Shown piece by piece: positions 28,261-36,174 of a stretch of DNA of 64,000 nt (position 1 is its first letter; the number at the start of each line of letters is the position of its first letter). The notes beneath the pieces are model-generated. The model saw only the letters and a program-made list of their open reading frames with translations. It searched no databases and was not told where the DNA came from. The stretch comes from Candidatus Omnitrophota bacterium. GTDB taxonomy: Bacteria > Omnitrophota > Gorgyraeia > Tantalellales > Tantalellaceae. Location: assembly GCA_049643885.1 (NCBI GenBank), contig JBARQV010000055.1:9052-73051 (forward strand), written 5' to 3'. Position numbers and translations under genes: made by a program.

Positions 28261-29284
28261 TATCTTTCAGTCTTCTTAGAACTTTCCTTATGTCTATTTT
28301 AGCCGGGCAGGCGGTTATACACCGGCCGCACCCGGTGCAGGCATGAAAATCGGCTACTTTAGGGAAAAAATCGAATTTTTTATCGAACCTGTTCCTGAGC
28401 CGCATCCAGAGTTTCTCCCTGGGGTTCGCACCCCCGGCGACCCGGGCGTAATCTTTTATCATGCACGAATCCCAGATCCTGAGCCGGGTCATCTTATCTT
28501 CGCTTTGCTGGTCATACAAGAGAAAACAATGGCAAGTGGGACAGATGATCGTGCATGCTCCGCATTCCACGCATGTCTTGGCCTCGTCGCTCCAGATATC
28601 GGATTCCCAGTTTCTTTCGATAATATCTTTCCTGAACTTATCATAACTGGGGACATTATTTTCCTTAATATTATTTTCTACTTCCTTCATAACCCGGTTA
28701 CGCTGCTCGTCCCTTTGGCGGATCATATCCGGCTTTGCTTCAATAAAGAGAGACGGGTTCTTGTCTATTAGTTCCTGGCCTCTCTTTGAACCGGTTTCCA
28801 CAACAAAACCCTTTTTGACCGGAGAAAGGCCGAGATCAAAATTTTCCTGGGGATACGGCTGATTTCCTGCCGCGAGACAGTAACACGTGTCTATCGTGCA
28901 GGTGCAATCGGAAGCTATGACCAGATTTTCTTCACGATTTTTAACGTAAAAAGGGTCCACATGATCATGATCCTTAAAAACATGATCCTGGACTTTGAAA
29001 CCCTGTCTCAGGTCGCAGTTCTTGACCCCTACTATCGCAAAAGGCTTGTCCCTGGAGTGGGGGATCTCGGGGCTGAAATCCTCGGCAACGACCTCTCTGG
29101 CCATGGTGAAAAAGGCTTTCAGCGGCTCAAAAGGCCTTACCTCGCCGATCATGATATCATCAGACCAATCATTGAGTTCTTTATAAAACCTTTGGTCGCC
29201 TTTCTTGACCGGGGCAAAGACCCTGTAATCCTTTTTCAGGTTTTCGAGTAAGATCGCGAGTTCATTAATAGCTAAATATTTCAT
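28244..29284 (-). CDS. 4Fe-4S dicluster protein, AsrA/HydB family (sulfhydrogenase beta-like)
   Basis: CVECGACTIICPTCHC and CTGCGRCITACP motifs in a 346-aa protein. It partners with the HydG-like gene. Confidence 0.7.
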   Translation of the reverse strand: MKYLAINELAILLENLKKDYRVFAPVKKGDQRFYKELNDWSDDIMIGEVRPFEPLKAFFTMAREVVAEDFSPEIPHSRDKPFAIVGVKNCDLRQGFKVQDHVFKDHDHVDPFYVKNREENLVIASDCTCTIDTCYCLAAGNQPYPQENFDLGLSPVKKGFVVETGSKRGQELIDKNPSLFIEAKPDMIRQRDEQRNRVMKEVENNIKENNVPSYDKFRKDIIERNWESDIWSDEAKTCVECGACTIICPTCHCFLLYDQQSEDKMTRLRIWDSCMIKDYARVAGGANPREKLWMRLRNRFDKKFDFFPKVADFHACTGCGRCITACPAKIDIRKVLRRLKDSDGEK

Positions 29285-29910
29285 TTCTTTTCCGCCAAAA
29301 AATACGAAAGCGTCTCGAGCTCACGCGAAAGGTCGACATCCTTGACTTTTACATTATCGGGAACATTCAGACTGACCGGGGCGAAATTGAGCAGGCATTC
29401 AATACCGCTGTTCACGAGTTCATTCGCCACTTCCTGGGCTTTATCGGAAGGGACGGCGATAATACCGATACTTATATTTTTTTTCGCTACCGTCTCCTGC
29501 AGGTCGCTCAAAGGCTGTATTATTATCCCGCCCAATTCTTTGCCGATCTTTTTTTCGCTCTCGTCAAAAGCGGCAACGATCTCTAGCCCGTGCTTTTTAA
29601 ATCCTGAATATGAAATGAGCGCTGAACCCAGGTGACCGGCGCCGACAACAGCAACGTTCCAGGTCTTATCCTTCCCCAGTATCTTTTCCAGAGCCTGTTT
29701 CAGTTCCTTCGTGTCATAACCGGAACCGCTCACCCCGAACTGCCCGAAATACCCCAGGTCTTTCCTTACCTGGGCGTCGCTTAGGTTTGTCCTGTCTCCT
29801 AATTCAGCTGATGATATGGTCCGGATGTTCAGCTTGACCAGTTCCGCCAGCTCACGCAAGTAAATGAAAAGACGGGAAATCGTTCCCTCGGGGATTTTTT
29901 TTCCGCTCAT
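29281..29910 (-). CDS. rex: Redox-sensing transcriptional repressor Rex
   Basis: A winged-helix N-terminus (ISSAELGDRTNLSDAQVRKDLGYFGQFG) and a Rossmann motif (VAVVGAGHLG). The start is placed at MSGKKIPEGT; the ORF-track start is an extension. Confidence 0.85.
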   Translation of the reverse strand: MSGKKIPEGTISRLFIYLRELAELVKLNIRTISSAELGDRTNLSDAQVRKDLGYFGQFGVSGSGYDTKELKQALEKILGKDKTWNVAVVGAGHLGSALISYSGFKKHGLEIVAAFDESEKKIGKELGGIIIQPLSDLQETVAKKNISIGIIAVPSDKAQEVANELVNSGIECLLNFAPVSLNVPDNVKVKDVDLSRELETLSYFLAEKK

Positions 29911-29917
29911 ATTTGGA

Positions 29918-29935
29918 TTGTGATAATCTTCACAG
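29918..29935. promoter_or_regulatory. Candidate Rex operator (TTGTGA-N6-TCACAG)
   Basis: A near-consensus Rex box (TTGTGAAnnnnTTCACAA) 8-25 nt upstream of the rex ATG, at the head of the hydrogenase operon. Confidence 0.5.
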
Positions 29936-30115
29936 ACTTCGTTCCGATTTTCACGAATATAATACTTTCGCAATAAAAAGTCAAGAGTTTTTTGGGGTGC
30001 TGGATGCTTGTCGTTAGTCGGTCGTCGGTCGTATTTCAAAGGACAGAGTGCGGAGCGGAGATATCAGATAGCATAGCGCAAAGAGCATCGCGGTTTGTGG
30101 TGTGCGGTCTTCGAT

Positions 30116-30198
30116 GGGCGGGTGGCGCGACGGTGTCCGAGCACCGCACAAGCCATTGGCGCGGAGGCGCGCAGGACACTGAGCGACAGGACCCGCCC
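30116..30198 (-). repeat. GC-rich 83-nt structured repeat, copy B (inverted orientation)
   Basis: It is the reverse complement of the 44575-44656 copy with 2 mismatches. About 40 nt of flanking sequence show weaker similarity to the copy-A flank. Confidence 0.7.
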
Positions 30199-30301
30199 AC
30201 TGGTAAACAGCCCTCTGCCTCGTTCTTCGAAAGTTGGAAAAATACCGTTAAAAAAATTGGTTGGGAAAGATTTTATTGTTTTTGCAAAGCTCAATGCTCG
30301 A

Positions 30302-32149
30302 CTAATGGCGCCTGCGCTTGCCGAGAAGGACTATGTCACGCAGGGCTTTCTCGTCCTTCGCTCTCATCCATTTTTTCTCGAAATGCGTATCCTGCACTAT
30401 TTGTGCGATAGCCGAAAGCGCGCGAAGGTGAAAATTGCGCTCGTCCTTCGTCCCCGCAATGACGAAGACGGTCCTCACTTTGCCTTCCGTTTCCGGAAAT
30501 ACTATGCCCCCCTTGCAGCGCACGAGGAGCATAACGAAATCCTTCTTCCCGTCTATTATAATGTGAGGTATGGCAAGCCCCGGAGCGAGAACGGTGCTGC
30601 TTTCCTTCTCCCTTTCAAGGAATTTATTGTAAATTACATCGGCGCTCGTTGAGAGCCTTTCCGAGAGCTTTTCCGAGGCGAGCCTGAAGAACTCGTCGGC
30701 GTTCATGGGTCCCGGAATATCGAGGACGATCGCCTCTTCCACGGATCTGTCGAACCTGTCCTTGACTATCTCATCCCTCTCCCTTATTATCTCTTTAAGC
30801 TCCTCTTCAAGCGTGACATCCACCAGCTCGCGGGCGGTCAGTCTTTCTATAAGATGTAAAAGCGCGAAATCTCTTCTTGCCCTTTCCCTGCCGTAAAACC
30901 AGTAAACCAGAAGCCCGCACGCGAAAAGCGTCGATCCCAGAAAAAGCGCCGCTTTACCCATGCCGACCACGAGCTGCCAGCACCCGAAGATCCCGATTAT
31001 CTGCGTCCAGGGATAAAAAGGCGAGCGGAAACGTGGCTGGTAGTTCTGGACCCTGCTCTCCCTCATGATGATGACGCAGAGCCCGGAAAATATGAAAGTA
31101 AATATAAGTACGGTCGAGGCAATTTTCACAAGTATACTGAGCTTAAGGAAGACCGCGATTATCATTAAGAGGCCGGTAAAGACGATCGAAATATGCGGAG
31201 TCTTGAACTTGGGATGTACGTTAGAGAAAAACTCAGGAAGCAGTCTGTCCCTGCTGAGGGCCAGGGGATACCTTGAAGCTGACATGATGCCCGCGTTGGC
31301 GGTCGAGATAAAAGCGAGCATCGCCGCAAAGGCCATTGCGAGCACTCCCCATTCTCCCATGAACACGCCCGCGCCGGCGGATATAGGAGTAAGGGAATTA
31401 TCAAGCGCCCCGCCCGGAAGTACACCGGTAGTGATAAACACGACCAGGGTATAAAGCACTCCCACCGCTGTAAGTGAAAGTATCATTCCCAGGGGCACCG
31501 TCCTCGCCGGATTTTTTACTTCTTCAGCAATGCTGGCGACTTTCAGAAGCCCTCCGTATGATATAAAGACAAATCCCGCCGTTGAAAAAACAGCGGCAAG
31601 GCCGTTGGGCATAAAGGGCTTAAGATTGGAATATTTTACGGCCGGCCAGCCTTTGAAAATATAAAAAACAAGTAAGCCGATAAGAACAATTACTATCACC
31701 GTCTGCACCTTTCCCGCTCCCTTGATCCCTATGTAATTCAAAATAACGAAAAAAGCGCAAAAAGCCAGGGCGATAAGCCGCGGATCCACACCAAGCATAA
31801 GATGGGTAAAGGCCGCCATTCCTACGAGGGCAAAAGAGCTTTTCAGGGAAACCGAAAGCCAGGTAAGCAAGCCGTCTACTGTCGCGATAGCGGGTCCCAT
31901 GCTTCGGGCGACGTAAAAATAAGTGCCTCCCGCTTTGGGCATTGCGGAGACAAGTTCGGCTTGGCTCAGCATACCCATCACGGCCAAAAGCCCCGCAAGA
32001 AAATAAGAAGCGATGACTGCGGGTCCGGCTTTGGCGTGGGCCAAGCCGGGAAGGACAAACAGCCCGGAACTGATCATCGCCCCGGAGGCTATGCAGAAAA
32101 CATCAAGAAGTCCAAGCTCCCGTTTAAGCGTAGAATTTTTTCTTCGCAT
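30302..32149 (-). CDS. APC-family amino-acid permease fused to a C-terminal PTS EIIA(Ntr/fructose)-type domain
   Basis: About 430 aa of 12-TM permease followed by a cytoplasmic domain with GLAIPHIII...VRTVFVIAGTKDE (EIIA-2 fold). Confidence 0.7.
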   Translation of the reverse strand: MRRKNSTLKRELGLLDVFCIASGAMISSGLFVLPGLAHAKAGPAVIASYFLAGLLAVMGMLSQAELVSAMPKAGGTYFYVARSMGPAIATVDGLLTWLSVSLKSSFALVGMAAFTHLMLGVDPRLIALAFCAFFVILNYIGIKGAGKVQTVIVIVLIGLLVFYIFKGWPAVKYSNLKPFMPNGLAAVFSTAGFVFISYGGLLKVASIAEEVKNPARTVPLGMILSLTAVGVLYTLVVFITTGVLPGGALDNSLTPISAGAGVFMGEWGVLAMAFAAMLAFISTANAGIMSASRYPLALSRDRLLPEFFSNVHPKFKTPHISIVFTGLLMIIAVFLKLSILVKIASTVLIFTFIFSGLCVIIMRESRVQNYQPRFRSPFYPWTQIIGIFGCWQLVVGMGKAALFLGSTLFACGLLVYWFYGRERARRDFALLHLIERLTARELVDVTLEEELKEIIRERDEIVKDRFDRSVEEAIVLDIPGPMNADEFFRLASEKLSERLSTSADVIYNKFLEREKESSTVLAPGLAIPHIIIDGKKDFVMLLVRCKGGIVFPETEGKVRTVFVIAGTKDERNFHLRALSAIAQIVQDTHFEKKWMRAKDEKALRDIVLLGKRRRH

Positions 32150-32197
32150 TGCATATTAATTATACACGAGCGTGGTGAAGAAAAAAAGGATTAGAAG

Positions 32198-32302
32198 TAT
32201 GTCATCCCGGGCGACTGAGCCAAAGGCGAAGGAGACCCGGGATCACACAAAATTTTTATTTGATCCCGGATATTTCGCTTCGCGAAATTCCGGGATAACA
32301 TA
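32198..32302. repeat. Two tandem palindromic repeat units (GTCATCCCGG family)
   Basis: TATGTCATCCCGGGCGACTGAGCCAAAGGCGAAGGAGACCCGGGATCAC is the inverse of the 14016-14063 unit. It is followed by GATCCCGGATATTTCGCTTCGCGAAATTCCGGGATAACAT. Confidence 0.65.
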
Positions 32303-32303
32303 T

Positions 32304-32933
32304 TTACTGACTTCTCGCTTCTTTCTTCACAAAAAGCATCGGGAACACAATGTCGCTCACGCAGCATGGTACCCAGACCGCGATGAAAAGGAACACGAAA
32401 ACCGCCGCGCAAGAGAACCAGGACCATGATTTTCCTGCCGCCATGATGATGTGCAAAAGCGAAGCCCAGGTGCTGATCAAGACATGGCCGGCGTGGGGAA
32501 ATTTTGTTGTTGGATATTTGTAGGCTATAGCGATACCTATGACCGCAAGGGGATTTACAAGCCACCATTCTTCGATAAAACCGATATGGGCATGCCTGTG
32601 GGGCATATTGAGAAGTGTCTCGCCAAGGTAGGGGATCAAGGAATCACTGAGTGTCGCGATGCCTACGGACCCCACATAACCGACAATGAACAATACCCAG
32701 AGATTGCATTTTCCTTTTATATGAGGACCCGGGCCGCAAACGTGGAGCCGGTAAATCGACGCCGTGACAAGAGCGCTTAAAACCACGTGCATCGGGTGGA
32801 ACGTGTAAAAAAGCTTATAAGCAATACCTTCGGGTATATTATGCAATAAGATCATTATAACTATCCCAGTAACCGCCCCGAAAATGGTAAAAGGCGCGTG
32901 ATGTTCCAGTTCTTTTAAAATATTTTTAAACAT
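32304..32933 (-). CDS. Hypothetical His-rich integral membrane protein (possible metal transporter)
   Basis: A 209-aa protein with about 6 TM helices and multiple His pairs (EHHAP, HRHAH, HAGH). I cannot assign a family with confidence. Confidence 0.4.
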   Translation of the reverse strand: MFKNILKELEHHAPFTIFGAVTGIVIMILLHNIPEGIAYKLFYTFHPMHVVLSALVTASIYRLHVCGPGPHIKGKCNLWVLFIVGYVGSVGIATLSDSLIPYLGETLLNMPHRHAHIGFIEEWWLVNPLAVIGIAIAYKYPTTKFPHAGHVLISTWASLLHIIMAAGKSWSWFSCAAVFVFLFIAVWVPCCVSDIVFPMLFVKKEARSQ

Positions 32934-32963
32934 TTTTACCTCTTTCTTTGCAAACTATGGGTT

Positions 32964-33332
32964 TTATAATAGAATGGAGATCTTTGCCATTATACTTCGT
33001 TTCAAATATTCAAGGTCAAACGGTTTGATGATATAATCCGCGGCCCCCAGCTTCACGGCTTCTTCCGCTATGTTTTTATCGACAACAGCCGTGGCCATGA
33101 TTATACCCACATTTTTATCGATCTCTCTGATCCTCCTCATCACCTCAATACCGTCCATCCCCGGCATCCTGATATCCAAGAGGATGACTTTTGGCCTTAC
33201 CGTTTTGAACTTTTCCATGCCTTCCATAGCGGAAGATGCCGTTGTCACTTCATACCCCTCTTTTGTAAGAAAAACATCCAGGAGCTTGCATATTTCGATC
33301 TCGTCGTCGATCACTAGAATTTTTCCTTTCAT
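32964..33332 (-). CDS. Response regulator, stand-alone receiver domain
   Basis: ILVIDDE...LLDIRMPGMDG...ADYIIKPF. Confidence 0.85.
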   Translation of the reverse strand: MKGKILVIDDEIEICKLLDVFLTKEGYEVTTASSAMEGMEKFKTVRPKVILLDIRMPGMDGIEVMRRIREIDKNVGIIMATAVVDKNIAEEAVKLGAADYIIKPFDLEYLKRSIMAKISILL

Positions 33333-33341
33333 ATCTTCCTC

Positions 33342-35252
33342 CTATCCACCAACTACGGGCAGGATAATAGTAGCTGTTGTCCCCTTCCCCTGCTTGCTGA
33401 CATAAGTGAGTTCGCCGCCATGGGCCTTCACGATACCGTAACACACCGAAAGCCCAAGACCCGTCCCGTGTTCCTTGGTCGTAAAAAACGGATCGAATAT
33501 TTTATTCATGTCTTCCTTTTTTATCCCAGTACCCGTATCTGAAATATCCACTCGTACTTTTTTGTCTTCTGCCCGGGAGGTGGTTATCGATATTCTTCCA
33601 CCTCCAGGCATCGCCTCTCCCGAATTCCTAAGAAGATTCATGAATACTTCGTGCATTTGTTTTTCATCGATCCTTACCGTGTGGAGGCTATCTGCGTAAT
33701 CTCTTACTATCTCTATGTTGGACAAAGAATATTGATGTTCGAGCAATTTAACGACGAAAACCACAACATCATTTATATTGACTTCCTTCATCTCTCCCTT
33801 GCTGGGTCTTGAGAACAAAAGCAGCCTGTGGATAACGTCTTTCGCGCGTTCGCACTGATCCATTATGATCTTCAGGTTTTCGTCGATCTCAGCGTTCAGA
33901 TCTTCACTCATAAGTGAAAGCTGGGCCCTGCCGGAGATTATCTGGAGAGGATTATTGACTTCATGCGCCATGTCTGAGACAAGCCTGCCGAGTGAAGCGA
34001 GCTTTTCGGATTGGAGAAGCTGTTCCTGGCTGCTTTTGAGCTCTCCATGGGATTTTTTGAGATCCGCCAGTATGTTTAAAACCGCTTGCTCATTTCTTCT
34101 TAGCTGTTCGTTGAGACGTTTCAACTCCTCTTCCGATGCCCTCATCTTGGTAATATCCTTGGCAACGCCGAGCAAACCGTCCAGCTCGCCTTTCTTGTTA
34201 CGCATTATGGAAGCGGAAAAAAGAATGGGTATCCTTTCCCCTCCTTTTGTTATAAAGGTCATTTCGTAAAGCTCCTGGGGATACCTCTGGACGAAGTCAA
34301 GCAGCCCCCGGCCTTCCAGTTCCAGTTTGGCGACGGTATGCGGGGAAAAGAGCTCGGATATCTTCTTCCCTATCATTTCCTCCTTTTCATATTTTAAAAG
34401 ATCAAGCGTCGCCTTGTTGATCGAACTTATCGACCCCGAGGGATCAAGAACGATCAGGGCATCAGTCATGGACTTTATTATGTTCTCTGCGTAATCCCTC
34501 GCGGATATAAGCTCTTCTCTCGATCTTTGAAGCGCTTCGGTCATCTTGTTGAACGATTCGGCGAGTATCTCTAGTTCATCCCCAGTCGATATCGATGCTC
34601 TCGCCGTCAGATCGCCTTTTGCGACTTTTTGGGTAACATCGGTCAGTGAAAAAATAGGCTGGCTTAACCGTCTTGCAAAAAGGTAAGAAAAACCCAGTCC
34701 CAGGAAAATACATAAAAAGGCGACCCAGAAAGTCCCCCGGTATATCGCTTTCAGGTCTTTGTAAAATCTCTCAGGTGAAAGGCCGATGTGTATCCAGCCC
34801 CAATTTATCCCCGAATAAGTAAAAGGAAAAGAATAATTGTAGACTGTTTTATTTGTAAGATCACTTTTGATAAATTCTCCGCTGGATGTCCTTTCCGGAG
34901 GAAGCCACATCCCGCTTAAAGTCTTTACATTCCATCCTTTCTCAGTGCTGATCAAAGAAAAACCATCGTTGCGCGTAATAACTACATAATCAATGCCGGG
35001 TCTTTCCAAAACCACCTTCAGACAATGATCGACAACAAAACTATAATCCTCCAGAACGAGCGCCTGAGCTACTACCTGCCCCACAGAAGTGGCTATAGCC
35101 TCGGCCGTTGAGTTCATGCCGCTTATAAGAGATTCCCTCTCAAAAGGTATGACAAAAAGAGCCATCACGGATATTGTTAAAATGATCACTATCCATAATA
35201 AGGTAACAGTACGAAATAATATGCTCCGGCCTCTAAACCCTAACTTTTTCAA
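33342..35252 (-). CDS. Sensor histidine kinase (periplasmic sensor domain-HAMP-PAS-HisKA-HATPase)
   Basis: Two TM segments flank an approximately 150-aa periplasmic region. It also has the H-box HEVNNPLQ and the G-boxes DTGTGI and GTGLGLS. Confidence 0.85.
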   Translation of the reverse strand: MKKLGFRGRSILFRTVTLLWIVIILTISVMALFVIPFERESLISGMNSTAEAIATSVGQVVAQALVLEDYSFVVDHCLKVVLERPGIDYVVITRNDGFSLISTEKGWNVKTLSGMWLPPERTSSGEFIKSDLTNKTVYNYSFPFTYSGINWGWIHIGLSPERFYKDLKAIYRGTFWVAFLCIFLGLGFSYLFARRLSQPIFSLTDVTQKVAKGDLTARASISTGDELEILAESFNKMTEALQRSREELISARDYAENIIKSMTDALIVLDPSGSISSINKATLDLLKYEKEEMIGKKISELFSPHTVAKLELEGRGLLDFVQRYPQELYEMTFITKGGERIPILFSASIMRNKKGELDGLLGVAKDITKMRASEEELKRLNEQLRRNEQAVLNILADLKKSHGELKSSQEQLLQSEKLASLGRLVSDMAHEVNNPLQIISGRAQLSLMSEDLNAEIDENLKIIMDQCERAKDVIHRLLLFSRPSKGEMKEVNINDVVVFVVKLLEHQYSLSNIEIVRDYADSLHTVRIDEKQMHEVFMNLLRNSGEAMPGGGRISITTSRAEDKKVRVDISDTGTGIKKEDMNKIFDPFFTTKEHGTGLGLSVCYGIVKAHGGELTYVSKQGKGTTATIILPVVGG

Positions 35253-36166
35253 CGTGATCCTTTCAATTCGTTATACTCATTGATAAGTTCTTTTATGCTA
35301 TTGAAATAAGTTGGATCGAAGAGAACGATCTTATCAACACGGAACAGGGTCAATATCTGTTTTCCTTTGGGATCCTCATGCAATTTTAAGCTTGTATCCA
35401 TGATTATCTTCTTATATTTCTCATCATACCCCTCTCGAAAACATGCCACGCTGACCAAGTAAGGCGGAGATTCCGCCAATACATCAAGTTCCCCGCCGAG
35501 CTGTGGATTCAATTCGGCAGCGGTACGGAAAGATCCGCGGGTCACGATGCAGGCATCCGCCTGACCAAAAAAAACAGGCAATACCGCTTGGGACGCCTTG
35601 GTCGCCCTTTTGATATTCGAGAATAATTCCCCGCTTTCCGGCAATCTGTCCTTTAGAAGGGTCGTGTTCAGCCATAATAAACCGATATCTCCTCTGCCAC
35701 CCGTCTCGACTAGCAGCTTTTTTCCTTTTAATTGGCTCAGTCTTTTGATCCCCTTGTCTTTCCTGACCAGGAGAATGAATTTCTGCTCAACTTCGCCGCC
35801 CGAAACCGTCGCCATAGAGACTTCCAGGGGGGCTTTATCTTTGACCTCGAAATATTCAAGGGTGGACATTCCAAGCATATCGGCTTTTTTATTCTTAATT
35901 GCTTGCACCAGCTCCCGAAGATCATAAAAAATGTGCTGTTCTGCCGTAAATTCTTCTTCCATGTTCCTTAAGATAACGTCACCCCATACCTGCAAAGCGG
36001 CAACTGCATCCTTTATATCGACTTCTGCAAAGGAATTGGCCATGTAACCGATCTTGAGGATTTTTGGTTCGCCGGCGGATAACTCTTCTTCCGCTTTAGA
36101 ACAACGGAATGCGCAGAAGGAAATAAAAAACAAAGTGCCGAGAACGATACAAATCGTATTTTTCAT
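35249..36166 (-). CDS. Periplasmic substrate-binding protein (PhnD/SsuA-like, PBP type 2), co-transcribed with the sensor kinase
   Basis: A signal peptide and a PBP2-like fold. Its stop overlaps the kinase start by 4 nt. Confidence 0.55.
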   Translation of the reverse strand: MKNTICIVLGTLFFISFCAFRCSKAEEELSAGEPKILKIGYMANSFAEVDIKDAVAALQVWGDVILRNMEEEFTAEQHIFYDLRELVQAIKNKKADMLGMSTLEYFEVKDKAPLEVSMATVSGGEVEQKFILLVRKDKGIKRLSQLKGKKLLVETGGRGDIGLLWLNTTLLKDRLPESGELFSNIKRATKASQAVLPVFFGQADACIVTRGSFRTAAELNPQLGGELDVLAESPPYLVSVACFREGYDEKYKKIIMDTSLKLHEDPKGKQILTLFRVDKIVLFDPTYFNSIKELINEYNELKGSR

Positions 36167-36174
36167 TTACTCCC

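Noticed and set aside
29992-30652. Plus-strand ORFs of 139 and 185 aa, and a minus-strand 76-aa ORF, over the rex upstream region and the permease 3' end
   Set aside because: They are artefacts of the GC-rich repeat, which has no stops in several frames. They overlap the confidently identified permease C-terminal EIIA domain on the other strand.
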